Part shown: positions 23,106 to 37,055 of the stretch, one piece after another
Position numbering within the stretch: position 1 is the first letter of the stretch
Layout of the letters: each line of letters starts with the position of its first letter
Assembly (NCBI GenBank): GCA_051362555.1
Contig: CM120640.1
Coordinates: 60,862,788 to 60,926,787 of the forward strand
Direction: 5' to 3'
DNA length: 64,000 nt
From: Lingula anatina
Lineage: Eukaryota; Animalia; Brachiopoda
Position numbers and translations under genes: made by a program
Notes under the pieces: generated by a model
Databases searched by the model: none
What the model saw: the letters and a program-made list of their open reading frames with translations, nothing else
Told to the model about the DNA's origin: nothing

Positions 23106-23600
23106 TTTGCATTACTCATACTTGAAACATGTCCAAAACTCAGTTATCATGTGATAAACAGTTGATCAAAACTAAAATCTGTTATGAAATTAACCAATCG
23201 CATTAAATGTTATTGACTCTGACCTTTTCCATCTTTTTCTGACACTAAAAGCATGTTCTACACTACACAGATGAAACTTACACCCCATTTTCATAGATTT
23301 TTAGATCGATCTATCCCTGTGGGGAGTCTCACCAGATTACTGTCAGCTTGGCCGGCTTAAGCGTCTGTCCCGCCTACTGAAAGCTGTAAGGGGGTAATTA
23401 ACTATGGTGCTCGCTCGGCTGACTGCAATTTAGCGTGAACCCCCAGGGAGTTAGGTCGATCTAAATTTTAATCTTTAGATCGATCTAAATCTCTGGGAAA
23501 GCACCCTTAATTTACACTCAATATCACTCTTAACTTTTCATCTATCTGATTTCCCCTTTATTACTAATTGTAATTAGTGTAAGCGTAAGTAATTAACTTT
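22840..23600. repeat. Dispersed ~0.5-kb repeat (interrupted by a MITE); inverted copy at ~25700-26190
   Basis: attctccgtactgatcacgc (22921) is the reverse complement of gcgtgatcagtacggagaa (~26086); aaaactcagttatcatgtgataaa (~23135) pairs with tttatcacatgataactgagtttt (~25895). Confidence 0.75.
23283..23507. mobile_element. ~230-bp quasi-palindromic MITE (GATCGATCTA family), copy A
   Basis: tagatcgatcta...ccccagggagttaggtcgatcta; homologous copies at ~29548-29790, 40343-40561 and 42034-42511. Confidence 0.8.
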
Positions 23601-24074
23601 ACAACATAAGTTTTAAACACCTTCACTTTTATTGTTTCCCAAAAAACATCATAAGGGGAGGGAAACGGACAAAAATGTGTTTAACCATCATCACAATCAC
23701 TGCAAGATGGGGCACTGTCACACTATAGCCTACGCTGTCACAAATAGCGTGTGTCAAATCAATCATACCCACAACTTTGAAAGTGAGAAATCGTCCCTTA
23801 ACCAGCGTATGAGAGTGAACGTATCAGTGACGTAGTACACCCAAACCGAATACAGAGGTGCAAATGAGGTCACAGGTATGCTCTTTAAAATATTTAGTGC
23901 ACAGATTACAAACTATGTTTGAATATTTTAGGGATCCAAATGAAGAAATTTGTATCAGTTTCACTCTCCTGAAACCATGAATAATAATAAAAGAAAGAAT
24001 TCATCGTCTATCCCCCAAAAAGATACATACATTACTGTCACAAATGCAATACGTCCAGCTGTGGAAACGTTTTA

Positions 24075-25187
24075 AGGGAGACAAGGGCTAGTTGGACCCC
24101 GGGGTAAGTTGGCCCCGGTCAATTTATGAAAAAGTAACTACGAGGTAAATAAATTGGCCACATACTCTAGTAAAGTGACCGTAGCCTACAATGCTTAGGA
24201 AGTGCCGGACGTTAAAAAGTTTTGCTTAAGCGGTGAGTCGAAAAAAAAACGATTTTTACACCTAAAAGTAATTTTGTTTAAGAGATTAAAAAATATATTT
24301 TCATAGGCTTTTGATCGAATATAATATATAGGGATCAGGACAATTCCCCCCGGACAATCCCCCCCCCAGGACAATCCCCCCCCGGACGATCCCCCCCGAA
24401 GAATATAAATTTATATACAAATATAAAGTAAAGAGTACAAAGTTCAAATATTTTCATCCATTTTCTGAATATTTCTTAGTGATGATGCAACTCGAGGATA
24501 GATAATATTAATTTTATTAAACAAATTTTTTTCATGGAGTACAAGTACATAAAATTTTCGAGATAGAAGTACAGAACATTTTATTAAAAATCTGATCAAA
24601 GTATATCTCCAGGTAAAAGAGGGGTAAACAGATGATCTCACTCATCCAGGTAGCCCTTTGATGAATTAACTGTTACTTTTAATTGCTTTATTACTCCCTC
24701 TTGATTGAGAAAGTCTTGAATCAATTTGCATCTCTAGGGGAGAGGTAGGGTAAACTTCTCGCTTATCCAGGTATCCCTTTGACTATTTGTCACTTTATAT
24801 TGCTTGACCACTACCCACTACCCACTACACTAAAAATATTAATAAAATCTGTTTAGCTGTTCATGCATCTGTTTACCCCACCTTTACCTGAAGGATAGGT
24901 GGTTATACTTCGATTAGATATTTCATAAATCTTCCAGTACTTGTACTCAATGAAAAGGGAATTTGTTATAAAATAATTTGTTTCATGAGGAAGTTGTATT
25001 ATCACACTAAAAATATTAATAAAATGGATGAAATGCTTTAAACTTTACACTTTATATTTTATATGTGTCAATAAATATATATTTCTTGGGGGGGATCGTC
25101 CGGGGGGAATTATCCTGGGGGGAATTGTCCGGGGGAATAGTCGGGGGGGGGGGGGAATTGTCCAGGGGGAGGGGATTGTCCTAGAAT

Positions 25188-25249
<62 letters not shown>

Positions 25250-26487
25250 AATCAAACTGAAGCTCATTGATTCAAGTTTCACAGAGATGTATCATTGTTG
25301 CTCATTCTAGCACCATAAATGGCCGCCATCCTTTAAAATAAAAAATGTGCACCCGGGCCTAGTTGGCCCCCTTGACTCGGGGCAAGTTGGACCCTTATAT
25401 TTCCCACAACAGAGCTAGCGACCTTTGTTGAAACAAACTCAACGGTTTAAAAATGAATTTGTTACTTTCTTTTAAAACGAAAATTTATTATTCGTTTTCA
25501 TTCATTAAAAACCCGCTTTATACCATTATTAATTTATTCTTAATTAAAACAAAACAAATTTTATTGATAAATATTTTGGTTCTTGCAACACATACAAGTG
25601 ACGTACGGAAACCTCAATAAATCTGCCTCATCTGAAGTATTTATTCATCAGAGACTCTCAAAAATCAATTTGTTGTAAAGCAAATTACTTACACTTTCAT
25701 TAATTACAGATAACAATTAAAGCGGAATTAAAAGAGTAAAAGGACAGATAGTTATTGAGTGTAAGTTAAGTATCTCCAAGAGTCAACAAGTGTAGAACAT
25801 GTTTTTAGTGTCAGAAAAAGATGTAAAAGGTCAAAGTCTGTAACAGTTAATGTGATTGGTTAATTTCACAACATATAATAATTTTGATCATCTATTTATC
25901 ACATGATAACTGAGTTTTGGATAAGGTCCAAATATGAGTAATCCAAATAATATTTTAGATATCTTTAATTGAAAACAAGTCTCTTAGGGATTACCTAATA
26001 AGGAAATGTTGCATAGTGACTTGCAACATGCGAATGGAAAATATTTTGTAATCACGCAAAGACAATGGAAAAGAAAACAAGTAATGCGTGATCAGTACGG
26101 AGAAATTGAGTATAAATATTTGTGAAGTTGTATGAAGCAAGAGTCGGTGAATAAACGTTCGGAAGCTCCAAACTGCTGTCGTCATTTTTCACTATAACAA
26201 ATTTAATAAATAAAAAATGTATAAAAATGTATTTCAAGGCGTTTACATGGGATACTTACTTCATTTTCGTGTAGGGTGCCAACTTGCCCCACCACGCGGC
26301 AAGTTGGCCCCCCTGTCGTCAATTGCGTTTTTTGTCAAATTGTAAGCCATCTGGCATTATATTTGAAAAATAATGACGTTGCACACGTAGGGCTTACTTT
26401 GAAACCGGTTTTGTTACTCTAACTCATTTCTAGTTGGCTCTACAAGGTCAAAAGTGTCTAACTGGGCCAACTTGCTCCGGTCTCCCC
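24075..26487. mobile_element. Non-autonomous DNA element with GGGGAGAC..GGC(T/A)AGTTGG termini and TA flanks, carrying nested insertions
   Basis: Left end ta-agggagacaagggctagttggaccc; right end gggccaacttgctccggtctcccc-ta; internal repeats of aagttggcccc. Confidence 0.65.
24330..25190. mobile_element. Foldback element with (GGACAATCCCCCC)n / (GGGGGGAATTGTCC)n subterminal repeats
   Basis: Inverted arms ~24330-24640 and ~24860-25190; nested within 24075-26487. Confidence 0.75.
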
Positions 26488-27298
26488 TACTCACTTTGAA
26501 ATCCAATCATCACTGGTTTTGTGCTGAAATTTATATCCTACAACTATAACGTTGTGCAAAATTATGATAATCTTCTGTATAGAGCAGTAAATTTTTTTGA
26601 GCGACTTTAATTTTGTTACTAAATATTAAAAAAGAGGGAAATACACACTACTGACAGTAAAATAAGCATTAAATAAACTATTTGCCATTCATGTTCCAAA
26701 TATTGTACCAGAAATGGCAAACTATCAAGGAATTGCAATATAGTTTAAAGTCAACAGCAGAAATCCCGGTTTCCTATTGCACCTAGTACTTGGGCAAGAT
26801 GAAACTTTCTGGGGAACATACGTTACGTAATATTAGACATGACCCAAAGCCCCTTGAGCTGCATTTAAATATTTATAAAAAAAACTTAATTTTTACGTCA
26901 TAATTTACCATGACTGAATCATTACAAAATATATCGGAACGCAATATAAAAATTAAGATTATATGGCCCGGAACACACGTTGCTGGAACATACATATGTG
27001 TACTTTACATTTTAGGCTCCTTATATAATGTATAGATATGGTAAAAAATCAATATAGATATGTGTAAAATTGTATTTTTGTTCTATATACATATATCTTT
27101 TAAAAAATAAATACAACTTTGAATTCATTCAATTTTATTTTTTGATACTTCCGAGCATGTGAAATGCACCTTATTATTGGGTATACTTTATAGCTGGCTA
27201 GATGAACTCACGTCAGGTTACTCTTGGTAGCAAATAAGGTACTAGTTTTTGAAATCGTTTTAACTATAATGGATATTTATTTCATGAAATCTTTTGAC

Positions 27299-28198
27299 TC
27301 ATTCTCAGTATATAGGTCCATTTGAAGAAAACAGAAAAGTGAAAAATGAAGTTAAAGATATAGTCGCGAATTCTACTTTTTCTAGATCTTTGACGACAGA
27401 AAGTGATAAATCTAGGATTTTTTCAAAATCTTGAAATTTTTATGTCTTGCTGGCATGGGGATGAAGTAACGAAGGCCTATTTTGGTAATGAAAGATTTAA
27501 AAATAACATAAAAATGAACTTTGGATAATATTCGCACGTTATTAATACAAACAAGACCAGGCTTACGGGATATTTCAAGATCCACATTTATTTTACTGAG
27601 ACATTTTGTTCTCATTTCAAGTAAATTTGTTCACAATGCATGGTAAAGAAGGTTTTGCAAATTACTCTCTATGAGAATGCAGTTTTGCTGCGTTTCATTT
27701 AAAACAATTGACTGTCTTGTCACCACATTCTCTTGCTAATAATGAATAAAATTGAATTGAAGATCTTATCAATGGTTTAAATGTTACGAAAAACATCAAG
27801 CAACTAAAAACAATGACGTGTGTCAAGAAACATAATGAAGGTTTTTCAATTTTTAAAGATCCGGCGACACCGTGAAAGTAAACGCCGCTATCTATTGAGT
27901 TATTTGAAACAAACAGTGAGAACATTTTCTGGGACGTTAGACATCATACTCGATTCCTGACAAGTTGAAGATTTTGTACTTTGGTAAAATGAACTAGATC
28001 GGTTAGAGAATGTGAGATGGTTTTAAAATAAGTCTGTTTGTTGTTTGTGTGAGAACAAATAAAACTAGTAATTATTATTTTATTTTATAAGTTGCTAGAA
28101 TCATGTTAGTTAAGTTCCAGTTTGACAAATAATTCGTCCACTCGCTTACTTTTAATAAAATAAAAAAAGAGTTAAATGGACCTATATACTGAGAATGA
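27299..28198. mobile_element. MITE with 25-bp TIR
   Basis: tcattctcagtatataggtccattt (27299-27323) and inverse (28174-28198); related degraded copy at ~20368-20708, which hosts the SINE. Confidence 0.75.
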
Positions 28199-28311
28199 AT
28201 GTTTTAACACCCCTTTTTATAGAGGGTGTCTTATTCTTTTCTTTGGAAAGGAATTGTCTGTAGGCTATGGCAGATTTTTTTTCTTTCTTTCTTTCTTTTT
28301 TTTTCAGCAAC

Positions 28312-31300
28312 ATGACTAGTTTGAAATACCCAGTCCCAACATTGGAGTCCACTTTGAGTGAGCTGACCCGTGTTATGGATCAGCTATTGGACAAGGAAAG
28401 GTTTGACGACTTCCAAAGCAGGCTCCACGCATTGCAAGAAGATGGAACATGGGAGAAGATACAATTAGCTTTCACCGAGGCTGTGAAAGACAAGGATAAC
28501 TGGGCCACTGAGGGTTTCCATGAAAGCCTGCTGTCCCTTCGATGCCCAATTCCCAATTCTACGGTGATAACCGGTCTTTTAGAGGACGACGAGAAGCACA
28601 GCGACCAGCTGCGTAGGGCTGCTACCCTGTTGCACGCTACAGCTTGTGTCAAGGTGAGAGTTTCTTTTAGCTCTTTACTAATAGGGTAATTTTTTTAATT
28701 AGTATTTATGATTGAGATCTAGATATCAAATACCACTGCAGTATCAAATACCACTGCATGCAGTTATTCAATTTGTTGTGTAGGCCTACCTAATATTAGT
28801 CGCCTGTAATGTCTGTAGAATTCGTTAATCCAAAACTGATTTTTTATGTAATGTAATCTAAATAACCTAAATTTGACTAAGAAGGTTTTGACTTGGTATG
28901 TTTTATGTGAAAGTTTTTTTATCTGGAAAGATTAAGATATAACAAAAACTTAAACAAAATTTATACAACAGGCAAGACCGGAACATCTCACCAACTGCAT
29001 TGGAATGGAACGAGGAGAACGACTGGAGACCAGCCAGGCTCATTACATGCTGTCTTCAAGCAGAGTTCCAGGTCTAGAAATGGATACTCTTGCTACATTT
29101 ACAAACTCTCGACACGTCGTCGTTTTACACAAAGGGGCAGCTTTTAAGGTACTTTTATATTTTAACACCGAAAACAATAAAAAGTAGACTCAATAACTAA
29201 AAAAAAAAACCGATTATTGCTTTATAGTCGAGTATTAAGTCTGTCAGCTCCCCAGATGCCTGGAACAAGATAGCAGTCCTTCTGTATACCTTTACATATT
29301 TATTTTAAAAAAGACTACGTTATCATTGTGAAAATGTGTTACATGGCTTTTGTTTTTGTTTGGTCATTCAATCTATCAATGTTTATATTCACATTTTGTA
29401 AAAGCAAAGTAGTTATTGGTCCAAAACAGTGTATGAATTGGGTTATGATAGTGATTTCATTTCTTTTTTACTCGACTCGTACAAATGCATTTGCTAACAT
29501 ATAAATTTAGACCTATCCTTTATCTAAAGATTTCAGTCTTATCTTAGACTGGGTTCCCATGCCTAGATCGATCCATCTGGATCGGTCTAACTCCCTGGTG
29601 TGTCTCACTAATTTGCTATTAACTATGGGACTTAACTGTCTGTCACACCTACTGAACCAGGGGGTAAAGATAATGACCCCTAACAGCTTTACTGGGTGTG
29701 TCAGACATTTAGCCCAGTTAAGATGATAACAATTTAGTGAGACTCCCCAGGGAGATAGATCGATCCAAATATCTGTGGGAATGGTCCCTTAGACAAATGA
29801 CATTTGTAATTTTTCACTGTTATAATCTTGGATATCAATGTTTCTCTAACAAACAATCAATGCTAAATAACAACACATGGCATAGAGCGCATTCAGAACA
29901 GATGATCCGCAGACTAACTGATCCACTGATTAAATTGTTCTGAATGCCCTCATATTTATTACTTGCAATGCAGGTTAAAAACTCCATTTGCACACTGCAA
30001 CAGTAGTTGTTTGTAGTTTACAGTGAACACCTCAGCATAATTTCTTTGAAAATTTTGCTATAAAGTTCTAACGTTCATTGTATGCTTTATTTTATATAGG
30101 TCGATGTCATCCAACCAAATGGCCAACCTGTTTCATTAGAGAAAATCTACCAACAGCTGCAAGCAGTTACTAGACATGATGATGCCCCACCTAGCATAGC
30201 TCCTTTTTCAGCCCTTGATCGTCCAACATGGGCTGGTATTCGGGAATCATTGATCCAAAGAGGTGCCAGTGAAGCCATCCATATCATGGAGAGCGCCATC
30301 CTAGCCCTCAGCTTGGAGGAAAGAAATGCACCTGATACCAGGAGTAAAATCTTAGAGGCCACCCGTCTTGGGAATGGTACCCAGCATTCTCGCTACTATG
30401 ACAAAGTCATCAACCTTGTTGTGTATAAGGATGGCAAGACAGGTATGCTAGTAGAACACACTAGTGTGGATGCAACAGTACCAGGTGCCTTGGTCTATCT
30501 ATTAACCCACCTTCCAAAAAATCTCTCATTCGACGAAAACCTTGACCCTGTAATGTCATCCATCCCAGCTTGTCCCCTGGACTTCCATATTTCAACACAA
30601 GACCAAAAGAAAATCCAGACAAATATCCCGACCAATGGCAGTGATCGCATTGTGAGTGAACTAGATATACCCATGCTTCCTGACATTATGAATCTTATGC
30701 GGGAACAACGTTTGATCAACATTTGGATGAACCTTTCAACACAGCTTGCATTGCATTTGACCAAAAGCACTTTGAAGATTTTGATGGTGGAACCTACTCA
30801 TGTGCGCCGCTTTATAGATGGGAGAAGTGATCCAACAATGCCAGTTACAGACCAATCACGGAGCTTCATAGATTCCCTTATAGCCAAAGAACCACATTAT
30901 GTCCTCTTTCCAAAATTTGCTGCTGCGGTTCAAATGCACAAAAACCTGATAAGAGAAACCAAACAAGGCAAGGCATTCGGACCTCATATTGCAGCATTGC
31001 GTAATATCCTCTTGACCGAAGCAAATGTTGATGCAACCCTTATTTCATACCTGAAGATGCTTCAGATACCAGAGGTATATTTCACAGGTAATGATGGTGC
31101 TAAGGGTCTTGTCACTTCTGTGGCAAATGTTTATGCTCCAAATCAACTTTGCATAGCCTACCATGCTAAACCAGACAAGATAGCCTTTCAAATTGCAGCC
31201 AATGGGTTTTATCAGTGCCATATTTCAAAGTTTTTGGAGACACTAAGGCAAAGCATAGATGCTGTTATGCAGACTGTTGTGCCATTTTCTCTTGCCAAGC

Positions 31301-34200
31301 AGATGGGTGCTCTGGAAAGCTTACAGATGTCAAGCAAAAGTGAACATCCATTCTCCATTGTTCTCCATGCTGGTGCTGGTGAGGACTTCAAGCAAGACAA
31401 CAAAGCTAAGAAGTTGATTGAGTTTGCCATGCAGGCTGCACTATCAGTTGGTTCTAAGATGTTGGCTGAAGGGAAACCTAGTCTTGATGCTGTTCAGGCC
31501 ACTGTTGTCAGCTTGGAGAACTGTTTCCTTTTCAATGCAGGCAAAGGAGCTGTGCTCAATGCATCTGGGGAGCATGAGCTTGAGGCATGCATAATGGACG
31601 GGAAAACTGGAAAATGTGGAGCTGCAGCATGTTTGAAAAGTGTGAAGAACCCAGTTGAAGCTGCACGATTGGTTTGTGACAAAACCAAACATGTTCTTCT
31701 GATTGGTGAAAAAGCTGAAACCCTTAGCAAAGAGAATGGTTTGGCTACTGTACCAAACAAATACTTCAAAACATTCATGCGAGAACAGCAATTCAGGCAA
31801 GTGGCATCTTCCAAATCAAAACACAACCATCCTCAGACTGTTGGTGCTGTTGCTGTAGATGTATATGGTAACCTTGCAGTAGCTACATCCACTGGTGGGG
31901 TGCTGAATAAGATGGAGGGAAGAGTTGGTGACACAGGAATACCAGGTGCTGGTTGCTTTGCTGATGAGAGGGTTGCAGTTGCATGCTCAGGTGATGGGGA
32001 AGCTTTCCTAAGAAATGCCATGGCTCATGATGTTGCCAAGTTGGTTGACTACAAAAAGCTCTCTATTAAAGAGGCCTGCAAGTATTCCCTTGAGAATAAC
32101 CTTCAGAACCACAAGGGGGGCATTGTAGCAGTTGACAAAGATGGCAATATTGCAGTTGAGTTTAATTCTAATGTCATGTTTGTTGCATCTATGGAGAAAA
32201 ATGGAGCCATTGCCTCAGAAGTGATGATGAAAGGTTCAGGCCCGAATCCAATGCCACGAGATCACCTCAAAATCAAAGATGGCAAAGAATGCAATATCCA
32301 TCTTCATGAGTACCCTTCAACACCAGGCGTAATACTTATTACATCAAAATCTACCAAGAAGGGTGTTGACTTGTTTCAAATGCCCCTTCAAGATTATGAA
32401 GCTTTGATGATGGAAGTCCATGGCATTGTCCCATTTCTGCAAAAGAAACTTAAAGTACAGAGATGTGCCATGGTATCAGCACCATCACCAATGCTTCCAG
32501 CTCACATGAAGCTTGTGCCTTTGCATGGTCTGGGTCAAGTCTGGGAACCAGTGACATCAGCAGATGAAGAATATAATGACGAATACCCAGGTTATGTATC
32601 ATCCAAAAATGGCCCCAGACTTTCCAATCAAGAACTTGATCGCATCAAAAAGTCTATAACATCATTATCAGCATTACAGAATGTAAGCAATGTTTTCCAT
32701 GGTGAATCTTCAGATAACAACCTTTTTGCCAGAATTGTGCGAAATGAAGAGGAACACTGGCGGGTTTGGGAAGATGAAGACCATGTAGCCTTCCTGACAC
32801 CCTTTCCCAACACCCCTGGGTTTACAGTGCTGGCCCCAAGAAGGCACCTGTCAAGTGACATATTCAACCTTGAAAATGAAGACTACAGAAAGCTTGTTAT
32901 TGCTGGCTATAAAGTAGCAAATTTACTCAAGAAGAGTCTTGGGGCTTTGCATTGTGCAATGATCTTTGAAGGGTGTGAAATTGATTATGCTCATGTGAAG
33001 CTTATACCTGTGTTTGCTACCAACAGCACTGCAAGAAAAACAAGGAACAACTCAAAGGCAGAGTATAGGAAGACCTACCTTGGCTTTGTATCCTCTGCAG
33101 ATGGCCCTGAGGGGGATGACAGTGAATTAAAAAGTCTGCATTCTTTTTTAACAACAGATTCCATTACAGCACCTAAATCTTGGGAAGACCCAGAGACCCA
33201 TTCAATTGCAGCCATCCACAGCACTTGGTACCAAAATGTCTTTCAGGTTCAGAACACGCTGTTCCATGCCACAGTTGACTACTTCAACCAGCGGTGCAAG
33301 TACAATTATGCCCTGACCCCACTGACCACTGATTGCATCTCTTCTCCCATGGGATTGGGATCAGATTCAGAGCCAGTCCAAATCGACTTGTTTGGGCAAA
33401 AGATCTTCCTGGCAGATTCCATGCAATTCACCCTAGAATACTTCTTGCGTTTCCAAGATGGCCTTCAAGGCACATACTACATATCTCCAAGCTTCCGTGG
33501 AGAGGACCCTGATGCAACTCATCTGAACCAGTTCTACCATATAGAATGCGAGTTACTCGGAAAGATGGATGATGCAATCAGTGTTGCTGAGGGCTACATC
33601 TATCACCTGACAAAGAGCATGCTGAAATCACACAGGCAGTTTATCCTGGCCACAGCAGGGACAACAGAACATGCAGAGCAACTCGTTGAAATTATGAAGG
33701 GTGGAAAATCACTGCCACGTGTCACAGTGGACCAAGCGATTGCAATGTTTCCAAGCGATGATTGCTATGAAGATGTGGTCCCTGGTAAGCCAGAAATGGG
33801 GAAAAAAGTAACCAGAAGGGGAGAACGTTTTTTGATTGACAAGTATGGAGGGGCCATCTGGCTGACAGAGATGGACCACTTGGGAGTTCCTTTCTACCAG
33901 TGTTATACTGATGATACACGCAAGAAGGCATTGGCTGCTGATCTTTTGATTGGCCTAGGAGAAACCCTTGGTCTAGGTGAACGTCATGCTACAGCAACTG
34001 AAGTTGAGCAGGCCTTGGACCACCACGCTGTACCTCACAGTTCGTACACATGGTACACAGACATGCGCACAGAGAAGCCAATGAAGACCAGTGGTTGGGG
34101 CATGGGATCTGAGCGTTATTTGTGCTGGCTTCTCAACCATGATGATGTTCGAGATCTGCATGTCATTCCAAGATTTAAAGGAAAGAAATACCTTCCATAA
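28312..34200 (+). CDS. Multidomain fusion enzyme copy 2 (~1539 aa): acyltransferase + isoaspartyl peptidase/L-asparaginase + 2x HIT + AsnRS/AspRS-like domain
   Basis: Exons 28312-28653, 28972-29148, 30100-34200 (same phases as copy 1, same sizes apart from one extra codon); intact ORF with the same motifs; ~74 aa differences over the 1316-aa ORF by hand count. Confidence 0.93.
29548..29790. mobile_element. GATCGATCTA-family MITE, copy B (in intron of copy 2, absent from copy 1 intron)
   Basis: tagatcgatccatctggatcggtctaactccctgg...ccccagggagatagatcgatcc. Confidence 0.75.
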
Positions 34201-34214
34201 GCTCTCATTATATT

Positions 34215-34275
34215 CAATTTGGTTGGTGTAGGGTTAGTAGTATGAAGTATGTAAAAATGCATTAACTTTCATTTG

Positions 34276-34307
<32 letters not shown>

Positions 34308-35201
34308 ACAAATTGTGTTTGCAAGAAAGAATTTTTTATGAACTTAATGTACACAGTAACTGTGATTTGTATGAAGAGATATCTTTTTAAGTTCTAAAAC
34401 TACCAATGATTTGATTGGGAGTTTGGAGTAAGGTTACTAGTAAATGGCATATTGCTATAATGCGGGAAATTGTCAACATAGGCTCAGCATTGCTGGTAAT
34501 CAATTCTGCTTAGGAGTAAAATATGCAATGGACTTTTTGTTTATGGATATGATGCTTATATATATTATTTTGAAGTTTAATGGATTTCACAGATAATAGA
34601 CAACAGCAAAAAATCCATCCAGGGAACAGTTGCAAAGAAATCAATTGGCTGCTACTGGTATGCATTCCATAACAAAATATGTTTAAATTTGTATTAAAAA
34701 ACCAACAACATAATATTTGGTTGGTTTAGGGTTACTTGTATGAAGTATGGAAAAATGCATTAACTTTCATTTGTGTTTTGCAAGAATGAATTTTCCATGA
34801 ACTAAATGTACATGATTTGTATGACAGAGATATCTTTTAAAGTTCTAAAACTACCACTGATTTGATTGGGAGTTTGGAGTAGGGTAGCTAGTAAATGGCA
34901 TATTGTTATAATTCGGGATTTCTTTTAATTGGGGGGGGGAGGGTAATGCTCAGAACAAATTGTGTTTGCAAGGAAGAATTTTTCATGAACTTAATGTACA
35001 CAGTAACTATGATTTGTATGAAGAGACATCTTTTAAAGTTCTAAAACTACCAATGATTTGATTGGGAGTTTGGAGTAGGGTAACTAGTAAATGGCATATT
35101 GTTATAATTTGGGAAATTGTCAACATAGACTCAGCATTGCTGGTAATCAATTCTGCTTAGGACTAAAATATACAATTGACTTTTTGTTTACGGATATGAT
35201 G

Positions 35202-35276
<75 letters not shown>

Positions 35277-35425
35277 TTTTGAGGTTTAATGGATTTCACA
35301 GATAATATAGACAACTGCAAAAAATCGATCCAAGGGAACAGTTGCAAAGAAATCAATTGGCTGCTACTGGTATGCATTCCATAACAAAATATGTTAAATT
35401 TGTATTAAAAAATCAATAACACAGT
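34215..35425. repeat. Tandem partial duplications in the 3' UTR of copy 2
   Basis: gttctaaaactacca(a/c)tgatttgattgggagtttggagta at ~34391, 34842 and 35038; 34440-34710 repeated at 35087-35420. Confidence 0.85.
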
Positions 35426-37024
35426 GTATATATATATATATATATACACACAAAACTTGAGAAAATTTGTTTTACAGTTTAATTTGATATTAAATCATAA
35501 TGCATTTTCAAGTTGTTGTTATCATACATTTTTTGTCAAGCATGTTTAATATGTTGGGGAATGTTATTTTATTTTGGATTTGATTAAATAAAAGAGAGTA
35601 GCTGTGATAACCATGCAGTCATTCTGGTTATTTCTTGGGCTCATTTTCACCACAACAAAAGTAATGAGACAGTGACAAACTAAAAAAAGTTAAGCCCATA
35701 GACTTCACTACCTTTTTTTATTCATCTCCTTCAGTGTCTTCTACATTGCACACCTCTCCAAGCTTTCTCCTTCCAAAACTAACTCTATCCATATGAATAT
35801 CATTCTTAAATACTGTAATTTTTATGCCCACACATAGTATATCACCATTACTATCTTTTTACTATTATGCTTTTTTGAAACACTTGTCCCATTATTTTGT
35901 GATGCTAGGAGTTTGTTGCACCTAAATTATTCCAGCACTATGCAATATATCTTTAAAAAGAAACATATTTATATTTAAATCTTTGGGATCAAGCTATTAT
36001 AATAAAAAGGTTTTATTTAATGAATTTTAAAAACCAACATGCTTGAAATCTAGTTTTCTCAAATCTACTTTTTCTTCATTTATCTATCCTACACTTGCAT
36101 CTTGGATGCACTTTGGAACCTTATAAGTAATGGTGATACTTCCATTGATAAAATATCAAAGCTTATTTACACTTTACATAACCATCACCTTTTTTGTTCA
36201 ACTGTAGTGCAACAAGTCTTGAACAGCATAAACAACAGTAATACATATACAGTGACAGCTCTTCCTTAACAGATTCTTTAAATATCTTTTCAAAACATCC
36301 ACGCAAGTGGTATTAAATACCATTTAAAACAAAAAATATACATACACCTAAACAGTTAATCCCGAAACATTGATAATAATCCCAATATAATAAGTTTGAT
36401 CAAACAAGCATGACATCCACTGATTTAAGTATCATGTAAAAAAATCATTATGCCACAATCATAAAAGTAGTAGCTTTGTTTGAAAGGATCAACAAACTAC
36501 TTTCATATTATGAGTGCTTACAGCATTTTGCACACTGTCAAGACAAAAGTAAGGTAATTTAATAAGTGATCCCTACTACACTGTAGTACATATACATCAT
36601 CAGGCAGTTATATTAACTTAAAGTGTTGGGTAACATATAAGATGATTATTAAGGGGAAATGTAATCAACCGCTCCCTGTTGCTAGAGTTGTTTTTGTTAA
36701 AATGTGTCTGATACATGTAGCAGGTTAAATAATAAGAAAACATCTAAAGTCATTTCTCTAAGAAATGACACCTTATTAAACAGGTTGTTAATTATTTTTT
36801 TGTTCAATGCATCTAATAGTAGGTTAAATGATAAAACATCTAAAAATCATTTTTCTAAGAAATGATACCTTATAAAACAGGGCTGCCTGTTACTGCAAGA
36901 TATCAAATTTTGTTCAGACAGTCATGCTTATTTATAACATGTCATGACTGGTGAGCTCACAAAAAAAAAAAAATAAAAAAAAATAATAAAAATAAAAAAT
37001 AAATAAATACATAGATGATAATAA

Positions 37025-37055
<31 letters not shown>

